A stretch of 63,319 nucleotides of DNA, counting the filler, from Thraustochytrium aureum (taxonomy: Eukaryota): NCBI GenBank assembly GCA_012862495.1. It is 4 parts of 3 records of this genome, joined end to end, with 100 filler letters (N's around TTAATTAATTAA, not from the genome) between each part and the next. Parts side by side here need not be neighbours in the genome. Positions count along the whole stretch, not along the records: positions 39,983 to 60,340 come from BLSG01000455.1; positions 60,441 to 63,319 come from BLSG01000459.1; 2 more parts are not named here. One strand, 5' to 3'. The notes beneath the pieces are model-generated. The model was not told the origin of the DNA, did not search any database, and saw nothing but the letters and a program-made list of their open reading frames with translations. Below are positions 59,336 to 63,319 of the stretch, piece by piece. How positions within the stretch are numbered: the stretch's first letter is position 1; each line of letters begins with the position of its first letter. The translations under genes and the position numbers were made by a program.

Positions 59336-60340
59336 TCACGCGTCCTCGTCGTCGTGCGTGAGCTTGGCACGGTACCAGAGCTGGTACGAAAGGTCGTAGT
59401 CGCCGCCCCCTTGGAGCTGCATGATGTCCTCTGTTTTGCAGTGCGAGGCAGTCTCGTCGTCGAACACGACCCAGTCGTCACCTCGCTGGCGCACCCAGCC
59501 CATGTAGTGGCCCGAGTCCGAGGCGCGGCCTTTGTGGGTCGTGACGGCGAACAGCTCGTAGGTTCCCGTGAAGTCTGACGGGAGGCCGATGCCGGCGCTC
59601 GTCCGCGAGCTCTTGGAGGCCCCCGCTCCCTCGGCAGATTCGCCAAGCGACAGCCTCAGGGCCGCCTGGAGTTCGTCGTCGTCCTCGGCCCCGGCGCCGT
59701 CTGCCATGGCGACGTCGCCGTCTGCCTTGGCCTCCCTGCCCATGCGCTCACGCAGTCTCTTGTCTCGCGGGCCCTTGAGCACGGCCTGCAGCTCCGCATC
59801 GCAGAGGTTGAAAACGTCCAGCACGGTAGAAAACTTGACTGGTTTGAGGATCTTGCAGTTGACTCCCTGGTGGTCGCGGCTCTCGGGCGTGCGCTTCCAG
59901 AAAAACCGATTGAGCTGAATGGTGAGGTACTTGGGCAGCGAATTGATCCTGCGCGTCTGCTTGAACAAGGCGTTGCGCTTGAGGGTCTCGGCAGTCTTTT
60001 CGATCTCTGACTCCATGCCGAGCTTGAGGCCCTCCTCGAGTGTGACCACGTCACTTGTGATTGTGCACTGGAGTCGACGCTGCGTGTCAGCGCCCCTGGA
60101 GACGGGCTCGTCCTCTGACTCTACGCACTTGAGCTCTGTGGTCAGCTCGATCCCAAAGAGAGCTTCTACGGCGTTTGACTTGCCGCCAAAGTCGACTCCG
60201 GCGCCAGGTCTGGTGAGCTTGTTGCCCAGGACGCCCATGAGTTCATTGTAAAACTCGTCAGAGTCCTGCTGAGCGTACCCTCCTCGGGGGCCCTGTTGCG
60301 CGAACTGGGGAAACGTGAGACGCATCGTCTGCACGAAGCG
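59336..60340 (-). CDS. USP14: Ubiquitin C-terminal hydrolase 14 / Ubp6 (5' part missing)
   Basis: FPQFAQQG..YAQQDSDEF, LPKYLTIQLNRFFWK, KILKPVKF, His box YELFAVTTHKGRASDSGHYMGWV, WVVFDD, LQGGGD. Confidence 0.92.
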   Translation of the reverse strand, partial: RFVQTMRLTFPQFAQQGPRGGYAQQDSDEFYNELMGVLGNKLTRPGAGVDFGGKSNAVEALFGIELTTELKCVESEDEPVSRGADTQRRLQCTITSDVVTLEEGLKLGMESEIEKTAETLKRNALFKQTRRINSLPKYLTIQLNRFFWKRTPESRDHQGVNCKILKPVKFSTVLDVFNLCDAELQAVLKGPRDKRLRERMGREAKADGDVAMADGAGAEDDDELQAALRLSLGESAEGAGASKSSRTSAGIGLPSDFTGTYELFAVTTHKGRASDSGHYMGWVRQRGDDWVVFDDETASHCKTEDIMQLQGGGDYDLSYQLWYRAKLTHDDEDA

Positions 60341-60440
60341 NNNNNNNNNNNNNNNNNNNNNNNNNNNNNNNNNNNNNNNNNNNNTTAATTAATTAANNNN
60401 NNNNNNNNNNNNNNNNNNNNNNNNNNNNNNNNNNNNNNNN
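60341..60440. other. Artificial contig-join spacer
   Basis: TTAATTAATTAA at 60385-60396 between 44-N blocks. Confidence 0.95.
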
Positions 60441-62318
60441 TTCACACAGGAGCACGATGATGGCGTAGCTTACCTCCGGAGAGATCTCAAGGTCGCTGAC
60501 GCGTTCACACAGGAGGGCGGCAGTGCGGCCAAGCAGAAAGCCCTCTTCAACGCGGTCGAACGGATCGTCCGCATCCACGTCGCCGACCACTTTATCCTGG
60601 AAAGCGACACGCCAGACATCCACATCGAGCTGACAGTCCCGAGCGCGGACGGCCAGAGCCTCCTCATCGTCAACTACGCAGGTATGATGCGGCCAGTGCG
60701 ACGTGCCCCCAAAACCGTGACATTTCTCTACCGCCCGCCGGACGGCAAGGTGGCCAACTCTGTGGAGATGTCCTCTCCCGGCAATTCAAACCCGGACGTC
60801 GTCTTTGAGCGCTTCGGCACCGGGAACTGGGTCAAGGTCACAGGCTTGGTGGATACCTTGTCGATGTTTTCTTTCTCGCTTGCCGACGCCCCAGTGGAAG
60901 CTGCGCCGCCGTCTACGCCTTGGAGCTCGCAGCTCTTCAAGACTGTTGCTGAGGATGCGTTTGACTTTATCCTCAGGTCAATGCGCGACGACGCGCGTGA
61001 CGAACCGTGGAAGTACGGCGTCTTTACTAACTTTATTGACACCGACGACAACGATCCGCTCTACAGCTACGGACACCACCATTCGTCTGAACACATGGGG
61101 CTCTTCCTCCGCGCGGCGGCGTGCATGGGCGCAGCAGAAAGCTGGGCGCAGGGCTTCAGTTTTGTGGATGAGATCATGATCAGCCCTCTTTACAAACTCA
61201 TCAACTGGGCCATCGATTATCGGAAAAAGCACGCCTTCCTCACGTTTGACGAGAGCGACTCGAAGTGGACCTCGTCGACGGCGCCACTCGATGATTTTCG
61301 CACCATCCAAGGCATGCTCGAGGGTGCGGCCCGATTCGCGGGCTCACACCCTGCCGCTGCAGCTGAGGCCCGAGAGACTGCGCACGCTGCTCTGCGCGCC
61401 GTGTATTGGACGACTATCTCTGATCGCTACCGCACGATCCCTGAGCACCCAGAGTACCCGAACGGTCTGGTCGGTGTAAGCTGGGACTGGTCCGAGATCG
61501 ACGACCCAAGCCTCAAGTATGAGGGCGTGACCGTCCCGAGCGTGCCATCGGGGATCGGCAGCCTTTGGGTTGGCGCCGTGCCCGTCAACTACCAGGACGT
61601 GGACATGCTCCACTACGGCTGCGACAAGGTCGAACCACGATTTTGCGGCGTTCTCAATGACTCGATCGAGCTCATGCTCGCTTCGCAGGTCCCTTCTCAG
61701 CCTGGGCTTTTTTTCAACACCTATTTCTCAAGCGCGTCTCGCTCGGAGGACGACCCAAAGTGGGGTGGCGACTGGGAGTACATCGACGAGGAGCCGCACA
61801 AGTACCTCAAAGTCATCCAAGAGCTTTGGACCGCCATTCACCTGGCCAAGGCGTCCAAGCTGACAACAGATCATGTTCCGAGGCTCCGGAAGGAAAGCGC
61901 CGCCTATGCCGCAAACCTGTCGTTCGAGTGGTTCAAGACCTTTTACGAAGCGCACGGGAAGCGCATCCCTGAGTACGTGACGTTTTCTGGCCAGGACGTT
62001 CCGGACTGCCCTGACGACGGACCGGCCACCAACTGCCTGGATCGCCGCTGGGACAACTCGTTCGTTGGCGAGCCTCGCATCTACGCCCTTCTCGTGCGCC
62101 TGGGCAACATCCTCGGCAAGGACAGGGCCTTCCTTTCTGCCGTGATCACAGACAAGATTGTCCCAGACCGGATAACTGAACAGACGGACCCGTTTGACTA
62201 TGATCGCCACGGAGCGATCGGCAAGAGCGCGCTCAGTGAGGGCCGCGAGGAGGACGCGGACGCATGGAACTCGCTCGAGCCCATCCTGTCTATCTGCCAG
62301 CTCGAGACGGGCTTTTGA
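60441..62318 (+). CDS. Putative glycoside hydrolase, GH8-like (alpha/alpha)6 domain preceded by a beta-rich module (start missing)
   Basis: Frame open from 60441. YGVFTNF..SSEHMGLFLRAA..LINWAID..STAPLDDFRTIQGM resembles the SES.GL..L..W..NA.IDDLRI pattern of bacterial GH8-like proteins. Confidence 0.55.
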   Translation, partial: FTQEHDDGVAYLRRDLKVADAFTQEGGSAAKQKALFNAVERIVRIHVADHFILESDTPDIHIELTVPSADGQSLLIVNYAGMMRPVRRAPKTVTFLYRPPDGKVANSVEMSSPGNSNPDVVFERFGTGNWVKVTGLVDTLSMFSFSLADAPVEAAPPSTPWSSQLFKTVAEDAFDFILRSMRDDARDEPWKYGVFTNFIDTDDNDPLYSYGHHHSSEHMGLFLRAAACMGAAESWAQGFSFVDEIMISPLYKLINWAIDYRKKHAFLTFDESDSKWTSSTAPLDDFRTIQGMLEGAARFAGSHPAAAAEARETAHAALRAVYWTTISDRYRTIPEHPEYPNGLVGVSWDWSEIDDPSLKYEGVTVPSVPSGIGSLWVGAVPVNYQDVDMLHYGCDKVEPRFCGVLNDSIELMLASQVPSQPGLFFNTYFSSASRSEDDPKWGGDWEYIDEEPHKYLKVIQELWTAIHLAKASKLTTDHVPRLRKESAAYAANLSFEWFKTFYEAHGKRIPEYVTFSGQDVPDCPDDGPATNCLDRRWDNSFVGEPRIYALLVRLGNILGKDRAFLSAVITDKIVPDRITEQTDPFDYDRHGAIGKSALSEGREEDADAWNSLEPILSICQLETGF

Positions 62319-62569
62319 ACATAGATGTAGTCCACCTTGAAGCACGCTCTACAACCGCCTTCCATGCAACCTCGCTCTCGTCCCTCTGCAGTCCGCCTCG
62401 GCTCCGCCGTGTCGTCGCGAAACTCGAATGCGGCTGCTGACCTCTTGCACCGAAGGCTCCTGCACATGTGACGACTCGGAGTGTGGCTCGTCCGCTGGCT
62501 CCAGAGCTACTACTAGTAGAGTACTCTGCCCGCGCCTCGCGTTTCAATGCCTTCGCCAGAAGAAACGCA

Positions 62570-62690
62570 TGATGAATGGAATGGAATGACATCAAACCAA
62601 CGCCGCCCCGGCCTCCGAGCCACTCGCGATGTCAAGCTCACTGCCCAGCCATCCAGCCATCCAGCCAGCCATCCATCCATGCATCCAGCG
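62570..62690. repeat. (GAATG)n and (CCAT/CCAG)n microsatellites
   Basis: gaatggaatggaatg; ccagccatccagccatccagccagccatccatccat. Confidence 0.8.
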
Positions 62691-63087
62691 CCAGGCCAGC
62701 CAAAGCACGCGGAATTCACGCTGCGCGTGACTTGTGCACCGACGCCCTCAGCGCTCTGGGGGGAGGCTGTCTTGAGTCTTGATCTGAGCCTGCAAAACGA
62801 AGCAATGTGCGCTGTGAAGCACACAGTTTTCACCACACATCGACGCCCACCAGACTCGACGGAGCGCTGCTCAGGGCCTGCAGCCCTTCGCACAGCCTGA
62901 GGCGTACAAGTACTCTGATGCGCTGGCAGACGAGCTGCCTGGCTGTGCTGAAGGTTGAGTGGAGAGTACTTTCTGCTTCGAGTTGCCTCTTTCACTCGAT
63001 GTTTTGGCCTGGCGGCAGTCCGTTCGTGTCATGTTCTCTCCAAGTTGCGCTCTCGACTTTCGAGTCGAGCTCGAGCGAGTGCACCAA

Positions 63088-63150
63088 CCCATCCATCCGT
63101 CTACACACACACCCACCCACCCACCCACACACGCACGCACGCACGCACGC
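63088..63150. repeat. Compound microsatellite (CA)n/(CCCA)n/(CGCA)n
   Basis: acacacacacccacccacccacccacacacgcacgcacgcacgcacgc. Confidence 0.85.
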
Positions 63151-63319
63151 ATCCCCCATTTGCGCCGCTGCAAGTGCATGCTGATCATCATGTGCTTGCA
63201 GCGTCGCTGGAGCAGAGCCAGACCCCGAACGAGCTCGAAGCGACGCGGGTCGCGGCCGTAGCGTCCGAGCGCACAAAGCGACCTCACGGAACGCCGAGGG
63301 GCTCGGAAGGCAGCGCGGG

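Noticed and set aside
25814..60396. Thrice-repeated palindrome TTAATTAATTAA as a biological element
   Set aside because: Always centred in exactly 100 bp of Ns; it is a six-frame-stop linker added during scaffolding.

Overview
A GC-rich, gene-dense, apparently intron-poor eukaryotic draft scaffold. A tubular-mastigoneme (Sig1/Ocm1-like) gene plus CFAP73 indicate a flagellated stramenopile. A thraustochytrid/labyrinthulomycete fits the style, but that is inference. The window has 15 N-gaps, three of them artificial 100-bp joins (44N-TTAATTAATTAA-44N). Many genes carry single-base frameshifts, mostly at short homopolymers, which look like sequencing errors. Recognisable genes: DUS1, SCOT/OXCT C-terminus, heme oxygenase, RhoGAP, mastigoneme protein, ADAM-like disintegrin protein, ankyrin protein, CFAP73/CCDC42, MFAP1, a ~12-kb VPS13, USP14/Ubp6 and a GH8-like hydrolase. 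There are also two tandem paralog pairs and many micro/minisatellites. The most notable items: (1) a single-chain fusion of a small N-terminal domain, a HAD phosphatase and a T4-Rnl1-type RNA ligase (candidate RNA repair enzyme); (2) a tail-anchored heme oxygenase with seven Cys-Pro motifs behind a dense TGACGT cluster; (3) two EGF+7TM receptor-like paralogs; (4) a catalytically dead ADAM with a nearby RanBP2-type zinc finger; (5) a bacterial-like GH8 protein. All family calls are from motif recognition by eye; no searches were run. No rRNA, tRNA, CRISPR or transposase was recognised.
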